NCBI GenBank assembly: GCA_009103225.1
Contig: RHPI01000810.1
Span: forward strand, 1-64,000
Source: Chlorokybus atmophyticus
Taxonomy: Eukaryota; Plantae; Mesostigma and Chlorokybus algae
DNA: 64,000 nt
Direction of reading: 5' to 3'
The first letter of the stretch is position 1, and the number at the start of each line of letters is the position of its first letter. A model generated the notes under the pieces. That model was given only the letters and a program-made list of their open reading frames with translations. It was not told where the DNA came from and did not search any database. Shown piece after piece: positions 1-12,032 of the stretch. A program made the position numbers and the translations under genes.

Positions 1-261
1 CATGCTTGTTTACACCGCCCAGCCTATCAGAAGGCTGAACTCGGTAAAAGCGCGAGAGTCCCGCGCGTTTGTCGGTCCTCGACCGAACTTTACCGGTCGC
101 GACCGGCGTCCTTTGATCATTTGATCATTTGAGCTTTATAAACGCTTATTTCGGTAAGTGTCTGAGGGATTCTTACCCTCAATTCTCTTAGCTTCTATCC
201 TTACTACCATACCATAGAGGGTGGGTCCACAGGGTTTCTGTGGACGGCCCCTCGCTTCCTA
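1..261 (+). repeat. 5' LTR (3' part only; window starts inside it) of Ty3/Gypsy element A
   Basis: Direct repeat of 19426-19686 with about 10 differences counted over 261 nt; immediately followed by a PBS-like sequence and gag. Confidence 0.85.
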
Positions 262-271
262 GTATCGGAGC
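260..271 (+). promoter_or_regulatory. Primer-binding site, tRNA-iMet-like
   Basis: TAGTATCGGAGC differs at 2 positions from the canonical iMet PBS TGGTATCAGAGC and lies exactly where LTR similarity ends. Confidence 0.65.
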
Positions 272-370
272 AAGTCTCGCCTACGCCAAGCGGGCGTGAA
301 AACATTCAAAACCCTGTGGGGGGGTTTGTTACAATTATAATAAATCCTTTGGGCCTATCATATCAGTACA

Positions 371-3300
371 ATGAGTACTAGTAGCAACAACGAGGATTCC
401 ATCAATGACGATCCCAACCCACAAGAAATTAAGAAGGATACCAACAGTATGCATAGTGTTGCAGTTGCTACTACCGGTATTCCTGCCCCGAGAGCAGCAT
501 CTATCGTGCCTAAATTGGCACAAAGGAAGTTTTCAACGCCAACATGAATGACCTTCTCGGGGAAATCCCATGAAGGTGTTGGTCGGTGGATTTCACACTT
601 TTACCGTTCAGCGCGGTTATATCAGTGGTCTGAGGATGAGAAGTTTGATTTAGCGACCACATACTTGCGCGATGGTGCACAAGAATGGTTCGACTATTCT
701 GATTGTGATACTTGGGGACAATGTGAGAAAGCATTACGCGTGCGCTTTGACACTGATGATTCCAATGTGTGGACGACGAAATCAAACAGTCGTAAACAAG
801 AAGTTGGTGAATCAGTGCAATTATATGCAGATGGCGTTGAAGTCCTCTAGACAAACTCGGGGGGAAAACCTTCCCCGCAGCGTTGCGCAAGGTACGCTTC
901 ATTCAAGGACTTCTCCCTCACCTACATGAAAAGGTGACTGCACGCATACCCGAAACCTTTGAGGATGCATACGGGATGCGATAATACTTCGAGTCCGTGG
1001 CCTCCGTGCAACAGCAAACAAAGGCTAAAGACAAAGACAAGGTCAATGCCGAAAAAGCACGTGATCCGGCGTACAATGCACTTGAGAAAAAAGTTGATAA
1101 CCATACTAAAAAGCTTGAGCATTAGTGAACTCTCACACCCAAATGGTGAAGCAAACCAAGTACTCCAAGTACAAAGGCGGTGACAAACCTGAGTCAAGCT
1201 ACAATGGTGCTAAGAAAAATTTCAACAGAAGCAACCTGCACTGCACATATTGTGACAAACTGGGTCACACTGTAGGAGGATGCTTCATCAAAGAGAGGGA
1301 TGATTTGCGCAAGCAAGTGCACAGCAGTTCTTCACAGCGGCAAGTGCAGACAGTAAGTTTGCAAGACTTGGTCACTGAGGACAATGCCTTTGCAATCACA
1401 AGTTCTACCTCAAGTGGGAAGGTCTTTATACCTCCTAAAGCTAAGGTGAGAGCAAGTGTGTCACAAGTTGACATTACAGATTTACTGAATGTACAAGTAC
1501 CTAAAGGTGCTAAGTACAATGTGATCAAACAGTTGGACAGTATGACAGCTAAAATCTCAATCAAGCAATTGCTCAAGGTTAGCCCTGAGTATCGTCAACA
1601 ATTGCTCGATTCCTTGCATGGGTTGGCCAATGAAACTGATGGTATCAAAACCAAAGAGTTTCCCAGCCCTATTGCCACCATGGCTGTGCGTTACAAAAAT
1701 ACAATAGCAATGGTTCACGTCAGTGGCCACGAGTTGGAAGCTGTCGTAGACTCTGGTGCGGCATGCACCGTAATGGGCATTGCGACTGCTCGCAAGCTTA
1801 GGCTTGACAAAACAATGCAAGCCACAACGCGCACTATGCGCGTAGCCAACGGACAGGAATGTTCCTTCCTCGGCACATTACCACAGCATAACATCGCAAT
1901 TGGCAATGTGACACAAGCAGTGGACATAGAAATAAGTCCATCATTGGACTACAATCTGTTGATTGGTACAAGCTGGCTGCATAAAGCCAGTGCGAAGTTG
2001 GATTATTCAACCCTACAAATGTCATTTGCATGTAAGCCACATGGCCAGAGTGTTAAAGTAGACTTACACTTCACGCATGAGCCTGCATTAACTTGTTCGG
2101 TGGCTGCAACTTCGCGCGAACAACCCGCACATACCGTTTGTGATATTGCAAACACACAATTCGAAGTGTCGGATACATTGACACATGATGAACAACAACA
2201 GTTGATGGTACTGTTGGGATCCAGCACAGACAACTTTGCAAAAAAGTGGGAACCTCTCTCTCACACACCTTTGATCAAGCATGCCATTGACACAGGGGAT
2301 GCAAGGCCTATCAAACAGAGACCTTACCGTTTGTCGTTGATGAGACGCAAGCAGGTCAATGAGGAAGTTGAGAAAATGCTCAATGCAAACATCATTCGCC
2401 CTTCCAAGAGTCCGTGGGCCTCACCAGTAGTGATGGTGCCAAAGCCGGATGGAAGTATACGCTTCTTTATTGACTATCGCAAGCTAAACGCTGTGTCAAA
2501 GAAAGACGTGTACCCACTTCCGCGCTGCGATGATGTGTTGGAAAAAGTGGGCAATGCCAAGTTCTTTTCAAGCTTTGACGCTTTGCAAGGATATTGGCAA
2601 GTACTTGTCAAAGAAAGTGACAAAGAAAAGACAGCATTTGCCACATGATGGCTTATACGAGTGGAATTGTATGCCATTCGGGTTAACCAATGCCCCGGCA
2701 ACATTTCAACGCTTGATGAATGAAGTGCTCAAGGACTACATCGGTGACTTTGTCACTATGTACTTTGATGATATACTCATCTTCTCAAACACTTACAAAG
2801 AGCATCTTAAACACTTGTAAAAAGTGTTTGATGTATTGCGAAAGGCAGGCATCAAGTTGAATGCACAAAAGTGCTTATTTGCAATGACAGAAGTTAAGCA
2901 TTTAGGCCACCGTGTGTCTGTGGCAGGTACACTACCTCAACTAAAAAAGGTTGAAGCTGTGCGCAATTGGTCCGCACCTAAGAGTGTGACACAAGTCAGG
3001 TCTTTTCTCGAGTTGGCCTCATATTACAGACGGTTCATTCCCAACTTTGCACAAATTGCGCAACCATTGCATGACCTCACCAAAAAGGGGTTAGAGCTTA
3101 AGTGGGGGCCGGAACAACAGCAAGCATTTGATGCGCTCAAGCTAAGCCACAGCGCCTGTGTTGGTCAGATCTAAACCAGGCAAACCAATTGTCTTACTGA
3201 CTGATGCCTCAGACTTTGCACTTGGTGCGGTACCAGCACAGTACACAGATGATGGCAAAGAACAAGTCATTGCGTATGCGAGCAGATCGCTCAACTCCGC

Positions 3301-4506
3301 AGGGAAAACTACAGTGTCTTTAAAAAGGAGTGCTTGGCCATCGTGTGGGGTGTCTCAATGTGGAGAGTGTACTTACATGGCAACAAGTTCACTGTACTCA
3401 CAGACCATCACTCTTTGAAGTGGTTGATGACCACAAAGGATTTCACAAATCGGCTTGCCCGATGGGCTCTGAAATTGCAGCAATATGACTTTAACATTCA
3501 GTACCGTCCTAGTGAAAAGAATGGCAATGTGGATGCACTGAGCCGCATGCCTGTCTCAGACCGGAAAATACCGCCGCTGATGCCAGTGACAATGGTACTC
3601 ACCGTGGGGGCAGTTGAAGCTCAGGTGAGCTTCGGTCTCACAAGTGAGGAGCTCACTGATAGCTCAGACTCATACTCTCATCTGAGTGATGAAGTTGAGA
3701 AATTGTTCGCAACTCCAAGTGAGATAGCTTCAGAAGAAGCTCTGACACCCAAGGGAGAGTCATCTCCACCTCGCAAGAAATTGCGGTGCTCGTATTGCTA
3801 CATACGCAATCAGCATGAGACTAGAAATTGCCCACACCAGTCCACCATCAAGTTCAAAAGTTTGCTTGATGATGCACAAGTAATTGATTACCTCACAAGG
3901 GGGAAGGATGCATTAACTGAAAAGTCCCGAGGTATCAGAAGAAAGGTGATCAGCAGAGCCAAACGCTATTTTGGTAAATGAATAAGGTTTGTGGCTGAAG
4001 TCAACCTCTACAAATGAGAATGACAGATTGATCCCTCCACATTAGACCCGTGCTAAGTTCATTGCGGATGCGCATAATAATTTAGGCCATCATTCCGCCA
4101 CAGTGGTGTGCGAATGGCCAAGAAAGCGATGCTTTTGGTACAAAATGGAGGAGGCGGTCAAAAAGTATGTGAAAACATGCACAGAATGCCAAGCTAACGC
4201 TCTGAAAGTGCGTGAACCTGCACCACTCAAGCCAATCAAAGTGAGTGCAGTAGCATTTGAGAGAGTAAGCACTGACCTCATAGGGCCGATTGAGCCACCA
4301 ACCCTCCGTAGCAACACATACGTGATCACTATCATTGATCACCTGACCAAGTGGGCTGAGGCTCGAGCCTTGCCAAACAAAGAGGCAAGAAGTGTCTATC
4401 CCTTCATCATGGAGGACATTATAGCCCGACATGGCCTTCCCAAGATCTTGCAAAGTGATCAGGGAAAGGAGTTTATGCAACAGCAGATGCTCGACGAGTT
4501 GGACAT
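371..4506 (+). pseudogene. Degenerate Ty3/Gypsy gag-pol (gag, CCHC, protease, RT, RNase H, N-terminal half of integrase)
   Basis: Retrotrans_gag-like YLRDGAQEWF; knuckle CTYCDKLGHTVGGC; protease VDSGA; [29 protein letters not shown]; RNase H LLTDASDFALGAV; integrase HHCC and STDLIGP...SDQGKEF. Domain order PR-RT-RH-INT; several stops and frameshifts. Confidence 0.95.
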
Positions 4507-5031
4507 CATTAGGCGAGGTTTGACATTGACCGGTCCACTGGCTTGAAATGCCATCGAGCATGGTACGGTCTCAGGCCTGCTGCCGTGGCCCAATCGTTTG
4601 CGACTCAAGTGTCCACTGCTCGAGCCACTCGCAGAGCGCCACATCCGACTTCACAGCTGACGTGGAAGCGTTTGGTGTCTGACCCCAGTAAAGTTGGGCT
4701 CCCACCCCCACCTTTTGCAGTGGCGGCTTGAGCAAGCTGGCGGTGGCGGCGGCAGGGCCGCTGTGGACCAGGCCTGTTCACGGCGGCGGCGGCGGCGGTA
4801 GCGGCGTGGAAGGCGGCATGCTCATGTGTAAGTGTTGAGGCATTTGCCGTTCTTGCACGCTCAGGCACTTGCAACAACCGCGAAATGTTAGCCGCGCACG
4901 GATTGTCTTATGTGACGGCTTGAGCAGGCGGCGTGGACTCCACCCTCCACACCTTCACACTCCGCCTTCGGAAGGCGCAGTGTGAAGGTGTTGATGATGG
5001 TTATTAGAGCGTACGGCCAGCTGGCTGCAAG

Positions 5032-5586
5032 ATGGGCGAGGTACAAAGCCAGCTTGCCCTCGCCTACCGCCCAAGTAAGTCTGTCTGCGTGTGTGCCAAC
5101 GTGCTTGGATTGTGCATTGCACGCTGTGGCATGTGGGTACAGCTTATTTGTTGGCGTGCGTGCTTGATTATTATATGAGCATGCATTGTCACATGCAGGG
5201 CGTCCTCGCCTCCGCCCTGCAAGCTATCGATTCGGGGCATTGAGCTTGTCGGTGGGGAGTTGTTATGAGATCTCCCCCCCTCAAGTTGGTTTTTGGGCAG
5301 ACTTGGCAACGACAGAGCTGGAGCGGCGCAAGCCGTGGGTTGTGCAAGTGCTGGCGCTGCAGCCTAACAAGGGGCGTGCAAGTTTCTTGCGTGCGCGCTT
5401 CTTCGTGCTCCACCACCACCTTCAACTCCAACATACGCTGCAACTGCGTTTGCATGGTAAGCCATAAAGGATTAGGCAAGGAATCAGTATAGGGACTGTT
5501 ACTTGCACGCACTTTTGCCTCACATGTAGATGTGTTGGTGTATTTGTGTGTGTTTGCATGCGTGTTCGCGTGCTGGTGCAGCTATA

Positions 5587-5625
<39 letters not shown>

Positions 5626-6908
5626 CGCGCGCGCGCGCGCTTGAAGCTGCAGCTGATCATGTGTGCTGGTGCGGCATTGATGTGGCACTGCAATACTCTA
5701 GTAATGTATAGTTTTGTTAGTTAACGCTTGTGTGCAACCAGAGTTGTTTGAGGGATGTGAAGAAGAGGATTTAGATCCGCGGCTGATCAGCAAGCCATGC
5801 GTTGTCCTGCCCTGGCATATGTTTGCCATCAAGTATGCTCGGGCACAACCACCACCCGACAAGCCAGTATACTTCTACCAGTACAAGTAGGTGTATCAGT
5901 CATGAACACTGCCAGGTGTTAACCTTTGAGAGCATGATGGGCATGTGATGGCTTGCATATGTTGATATACAATGCGCTTTTGTACAGGTATTTTCTGCCG
6001 AACGAAGACAGCGAGTTCGGGCGCATCAAGCTCAGGAGGAATGTAGTCAAGTTCTGGCGAATGAGCTTCATGGAGTTGCCAGAGCTTGTCTTGGCTGGTT
6101 TTGATCAACTACTGATTGCTGCTGTGCAGTCCACCATGTCGGCAACAACGCACACAGCCAAGACTGCACGCCTCCATGGCATTCGTAAGTGTCATCATAT
6201 TCTGGTTGTTGTCATTGACAATGTTTGCATGTGTGCCGTACTGATACTCTTGTGCACATAGCGCATGAGTGGGTGGCCTCTCGATTGCGCCAGCTGCCGT
6301 GCAAACAATCCCCGAGATCCTTGTTGTTCCACCCTTTCGTGGATGATGATGAGTGTGCCGTTGCAGTGCAGCGGTTCCGGGATCCACTTGACGCCTTCAT
6401 GCCTGGGTGGGCTGAACGCTCTTTTCCTTTCGAGACTCGAGCAGTTATCGTGGTGCAAGAAGTAGTGATGCGCTACTTCTTCTTTCGTCAACTATTGTCA
6501 GGTTGGTAGTTATCGTATGGTATTGTGCTGTGCATGCATTGTGTTGATTCAAGTCGATGTTGTCTGCCCGCAGTTAGGTGTCCTTTCCACACTGCTAGTG
6601 TTGAAGGGGAAGGGGTGGAAGCCATTGTGAGCTGGCGATCCTTCTCGTCCACATTGCAAGGGAATGTCAGTACCTTCAGCATTGCATGCGGAGGTGATGT
6701 ATATGGCAGCATAGACTTGGTGGCACCTTGCTCTCTTAGTCAGCTTCTGGAGGCTATCACGGATGAGGGCTGGCATATGCCTAGCAGTTGGCGCTTTCGG
6801 ACTGCTCACGGAGTGGTGGACTTGGGCGAAGAGGAGAATGTGAATGCATTGCACCCGCACACGGAGGGGTGGGTGGTGCCACATGTCGTAGAAGTTATTG
6901 TTGTATAG
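5032..6908 (+). CDS. BAH-domain protein, 6 exons, 405 aa, apparently intact
   Basis: Exons 5032-5074, 5199-5456, 5742-5886, 5988-6184, 6262-6501, 6574-6908; all introns GT-AG and phase-compatible (1218 nt). BAH-like motifs: YRFGALSLSVGSCYEISPP, KPWVVQVLAL, FLRARFF, HELFEGCEEEDLDPRLISKPCVVL, VYFYQYKYFLPNEDSEF. Confidence 0.75.
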
Positions 6909-6997
6909 AGCAAATTGTGGATGTGTTTATATCCTGGTTTTGGTCTTATGCTTGACATGTGATGTGCATGCATGCGACATCTCTTCACAATAGGATG

Positions 6998-9900
6998 TTA
7001 GCCAGATTGATAAAATTCTGCAATATTTTTCCAATGCTCTTGAGGTGCTATGTCTGCGTCAAGTTCTAACTCATCTAGTTGCTGCATAGCTCGCTGCAAC
7101 TCTGTCAATTGTCCACCGACTACCCGCTTGCCTGTGGTTGTCCTAAAACCACGTTCAGTCCACTTGATAGAGCCATCGCCCTCGACCAAGCGCGCGCGCA
7201 TTGCAGCTAAGTATTCCTGTCGCATTCTATGGTGAATGCGACGCAACTCAAAGTGCAGGACTTGAGCAAGTGGGCAATCGTGTGCAGCTCCGCCACCATG
7301 GTTGGTATGCGCTTGCCACGCCGCCTTGAACCTCCAATGTGACTTCTCCATCGACTGTGTGCTCCAAATGGCCAAAGATCCTCCCGACGAATCGCTGCTG
7401 ATAAAATCGGCCGCGTGGCACCATAAGAGGTGCATGTGGTGAGTGACATGATGCGAACCCCAACAGCAAATAAAGCTCTCCATGAATTCGTTGATGCAAT
7501 CCTGTATGAAAGACACACCGCCAATTAAATAAAAACGCGAATGGCAATCAAAGGCGATGGCATGTACGCATGCGCACGCAAGGGCTATCAACTTACTTGA
7601 AACTCTCCTCTTCTTCGGTCACGGTCAATGCCGTGAAGTACATGGATAGCCGCTTTAATGCCAACCACACGTCACGCTTTTGCGCACGGCGGTTGAGATC
7701 AACATCCCCCTCGGCAGCCAGGATCGTGCGGTAGTTGTCACCTTTAAACACATAGCCCATTCGATTACATTTTCCCACATGCCGGTTGCAACTAGAAAGC
7801 TTACCAGATAGCAAAGCACGGCAAGTTGTATCTTTCAAGGAGATCTTGGCAGGGTAGTGGTCGCGTCCAGCTTTACCATCCGCTACAATCTTACAGTTGC
7901 CACCCTGGATGCCAAGGGCACTTAAGGCCTTCTCAAGCTTGGCAATGCGCGCGCGTGCAGCGTCATTTTCGCCACCATCAAATGTCCATGCATAGTTAAT
8001 TAACAACCACAACACCTGCACCAAAGCAACACAATTGGAATAGCGCAACACGCAACCGCGCTCACTCGCACGTCAGCTGCACATGCACTCGGTCGTCACC
8101 TTTTCGACTATGCGCATGTCCGCGTGCATTGTGCTTAAATGCATACGCTCCGGAGGCAGTGGGAACACCGTGCTGAAAAAGCTGTGCCGTGGGCCACAAG
8201 CATGTAAACCACGGTGCTCCTTTTGGCAATGTCCGTATAGACAAGGTTCTCGCGTTGTTGCACCGAGCGGACACCCCGCGCATACTTTCAACGTCTTCAA
8301 ATCGGCCGCAACATGACACTCGACCATATAAGATCCGCTAGATATCTGCCCAGCCAACCTCATGTTAAGCACATATCAGCGAGAGTAAACCATAACAAAG
8401 GCACAGTACTACAAGTAGTACTTGTAGCGGCTCATGGTCCTCGCAAGACACGTCATGGCGCAAGATGAAGGCGCGTATGCTTTCGGTGTTGGCCATGATA
8501 TCCACTTGATTCTCTTTGGCCACATGGAATGCCGCAAGCGGTAGCATGTCATACTCGGACATGACCTTGCCAAGACCGCCCTCCGCTGCAGTAAATGCAT
8601 AATTCATGATCCGGAAGCAAACTCGCTCAATCTTACGATCGTTATATTCGGTTGTCTCGTCCAGGTAAAAGCAAATCATCAGCTTGTCATTGTCACCTAC
8701 CATAGGTAAAGTAATTGTTGACAATCCACTCACGAAGCACTGCACAATGTCAAGGAGTTCCGTGTTCACCTAGCGGCAAGTTGTACAAGCGCAAGGCTAA
8801 GTCAATCATCCTAGTTATGTCCAGCTCCTTGCCGTTGTTGATGTTAGTGTCCGACATGGTAATGCAGTAAGTCAGGTCATTGATGTTCCTGCAATGTATC
8901 GCAATCAGCATGCATATCTGTTACCTCCAGCACCCGAATGTCACATGTGGCACAGAGCGTGTCATACCTGCGCTCGTTGGCCAACTGCCATGGGTTAATG
9001 CTAGCCCCGGTCGATGTTGTGCGTGTCCTCATACTCAAGCCTCGGATGCTTGCCTGCTGTTGAAGTAGCTTGTATAGTCCAACCCAAGTTTGCTCGCCGC
9101 GTGTGTTGTCAAGCACAGAGCAGATGTCCTCCACTCTCACCCCATTTAGCATGTTGTTCAGCCCATCGCTCTGTACTTACCAACACATGACTCAACCCGA
9201 AGCATTGCATCAGCAAAGGAAATTGTGTTGCCACACACCTGTAACGCCCGCACAACTGCGCTGTACTTCTCGTGGCCTAGGGCCACGCGCAACTCTTTTC
9301 CTTGCATGAGCTGCGCAAACGCAGCCCCAAACTCTTCCGCTCTTTCTGTGCTGGTCAGCTCCCTCCAGCGAGGGACGAGAAGATCCCTGCACTCGCGCAT
9401 ACAACACATAAGCAACAGGGTCAACAACACAACACCACGATACTACTGCATATGCTGTGCATGCAGGGGCGTTTACACTCACTTCACTTTCTGTGTCGTC
9501 CTTGCCTTGCCACTCTTGCGTAGCTCCATAAATTTAACAGCCGAGGGCCGAGCTGCAGCCTTCATGCGTGACAAAGCAAAGTTGACCCTTTTTACCTCTT
9601 CTAACCTGCTGGTCAACTTTTCTTCTGTAGCCCGCAATTGCGCCTGTAGCTTCTCTGCCCTTTCCTCTGCCACTGCTCGTGCTCGTGCAAGCGCCTCACT
9701 GCTTTCTTGCTGCAGACGTGCCGCAACCGCTTCGGCATCAGTTTTGGCCTTGGCAGCCTCAGCTTGCACGCGTGCAAGTTCTTGCTGCAGCCTCATGCTG
9801 TATGAGTGCATGTTTGCAGCATTCGCCTGCAAGGCTGCACATGCCATGACATGCTGACGCAATGTCTGCTCCCGCTCAGTTAAATGGTTATGCAAGCAAC

Positions 9901-10108
9901 CACCAGATATCCAACGCAAGAATGAGGTTGGGTTGGTAAAAGGCAAGGCCGGGCTGTAATTGCTACCTACAATCCAATGATTCCATCCTGCCTGCAACTC
10001 CGCCTCTACTCTATAATGTACTTCGAATTTCTGCTTCTTTTTCACCGGGCTTGGCCGCGGTGAGGTGATACCCAGTCGGGGAGCTATGGGAGTGAAGTTG
10101 AGCGCCAT
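6998..10108 (-). CDS. RAG1/Transib/CMC-like DDE transposase, about 9 exons, ~830 aa, one probable 1-nt frameshift
   Basis: Approximate exons 10108-9483, 9386-9239, 9170-8968, 8889-8770, 8702-8421, 8346-8098, 8017-7806, 7742-7597, 7501-6998. Motifs: NBD-like ARPSAVKFMELRKSGKARTTQKVKDLL; D1 CFYLDETT (8659-8661); LPLAAFHVAKEN; D2 VAADLKTL (8301-8303) followed by PCLYGHC; STMHADMRIVEKVLWLLI; VTHHMHLLWCH (HxxxxH, 7415-7432); GSLAIWSTQSMEKSH (E at 7346-7348). Confidence 0.8.
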
Positions 10109-11078
10109 AGCAGGCCCTGCAAAAGTGGTTGTGCCAGTTTGTGCAATGATTGCGTGCATGTGTGTGCACGCCAGCTGCATGGTTGAGAGTGCTAGTTGAC
10201 TGTGTAAGCAGGGACTGTGCGCGCGTGCTTGCACATGTGCATGCACGTCTAATGCAGTGACTGCGTGCGGGCATTGCTTGCATATGTGCATCTCACTGCA
10301 TGGTTGTGAACGCTCTGACTGCGTGCGTGCATTCACAAAAGCGGACGTAACTGGATGTGTGTGTGGGGCGTGACCATGACTCAGTGTATGCACAACACTG
10401 AGTAGGTGTTGTGCATACACTGACGGTGCGGGCAATGCTGGCGTGCATGCAGTGCCTGTGTACGGGCTTTTCTTGACTGACTACACATCACAACTTGTTT
10501 GTGATGTGTAGTCACTCAAGGAATACCCTGCCTGCCTGTGTACATAGCATGTGCAGAGTGCGTGCCTGTATGTCCGTGTGAGCCTGTCAATGTATCCAAG
10601 GTAACTTGCATGAGAGCTTACCTCCTGGTTGGACGGGCCTCAAGTCCTCCTTGCTACCCCAATGCACAGCACAACTGCTGTGCACAGTGCTCGGCTGGTC
10701 TTGACGCCAACACCTGCTGATGCCGCCGCCGCCGCCGCTTGCATGGAGGGTTTAGTGTGGTCTGTTGGGAGAGGTTTAGCTGCCTAGTTGGTGTCCTACC
10801 CCCTTTCTACTGGTATCCTACGCCTGCTCCAGTGTTCATGCATGACACCCCCACCTACCTACACTGGCAGCTGCTCCCCTGCCACTGCCCGCCATGCACA
10901 CAACCCATCACAATACGTTTTGGTGTCCGGGTCTCGGGTGGTCTGGTGACTGACCCCATTGTTTCATTTCAAACGAAGTTCGACCGGCAAGGCCGGAATT
11001 GCCTAATCGCGCGGCGGCCACGTGACCTCGATAGAGCGGCCTCACAATGGACCTTTTTGGGTCGAACCTCGCCTAATG

Positions 11079-11700
11079 AATGCAGATTGCACATTATAAA
11101 TCTGCTTCATACCACCCACAAACTAATGGGTTGGTTGAGAGATTAAATAAAACCATCAAATCTGCAATTGCCAAGTACGCACAGACGTACACATACAGGT
11201 GGGATGATATGTTCCCTCCTGCAATGTTGGGATATCGCGCGATGCGCCAGCGCAGCACGACATTCCCCCCTTTTCGCATGCTGTACAATTGTGAACCACG
11301 CCTCCCTATCGGTGCAATTGATGGGAACAATTTTTCAAGTCATGGACTTGGAAGATTTGGACGGAGAATGGTTCATTTGAAATGGACAGGCATTGCAAAA
11401 GTTGCATGAACATGCGGCAGAAAATATTGCTGAGCTCAGGCAAAGCAATCTGCTGAATTTATCTCGCAAAACTCCCATCAACCCTCGCAATGCGTCTTGG
11501 TTGAAAAGGAAGCTACGTGTGAAGTTACGCGTGCCCTCGCGCACAACTTGCTTAGCACCGAAAATGGCTTGTGAATTACGAGATCAAACGCATTTGCATC
11601 AAAGAAAGAACTCAAGTGGAAATCAGGCATCTGCACACCGGCACCTACAGAACGGTGCATGTCAACAGGCTTGCCCCTTATTTTGTGAGGGGTGAGGAAA
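11079..11700 (+). pseudogene. C-terminal half of Gypsy A integrase
   Basis: MQIAHYKSASYHPQTNGLVERLNKTIKSAI...AMLGYRAMRQRSTTFPPFRMLY continues the catalytic core broken at 4506. Confidence 0.92.
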
Positions 11701-12032
11701 TTAATTAATTTGCTTGATTTACCCCAAAAGGGGTATTATGGTCCTTATGCGCCCTCAACCTAGTGTAGCGGCGCAATACTTATTATCAGTGTCTTTATTA
11801 GCGCCGCATTATCAACATGCTCTTAATGAGCCAGCGAGGCCACGCGCCTCATCAGAATGCACAATAGATATTGCATTAGCCAATAGCATGCTTTGTTTCT
11901 CATAAGCTTGTACTAGCTACACGCCACACTTGTGCCCTATTCAAGCGGGCCCTTTCTATTCCATTAATTCAGTCTTGCTTATTATCACCTGCTCAGTGTG
12001 GCTTGCTATATGCATGTGAGATGCCGCCGTTA

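Larger units (their letters stand above)
4507..11078. mobile_element. TIR DNA transposon with two convergent genes (RAG1/Transib/CMC-like transposase + BAH protein), inserted into the Gypsy integrase
   Basis: Left end CATTAGGCGAGGTTTGAC (4507-4524) vs right end GTCGAACCTCGCCTAATG (11061-11078): 17/18 inverted match. Removing it rejoins the integrase in frame (SDQGKEFMQQQMLDELD(I)MQIAHYKSASYHPQTNGLVE). Confidence 0.9.

Noticed and set aside
10109-10435. N-terminal 109 aa of the 318-aa ORF 9479-10435
   Set aside because: TGCA/CA-rich intron-like sequence; the plausible start is ATG 10108 (an upstream exon cannot be excluded).
11043-11049. CACAATG, identical to a Transib/RSS-type heptamer
   Set aside because: It lies about 30 bp inside the right end, in the wrong orientation for a terminal heptamer, and has no exact counterpart on the left; it only overlaps the inner TIR block.
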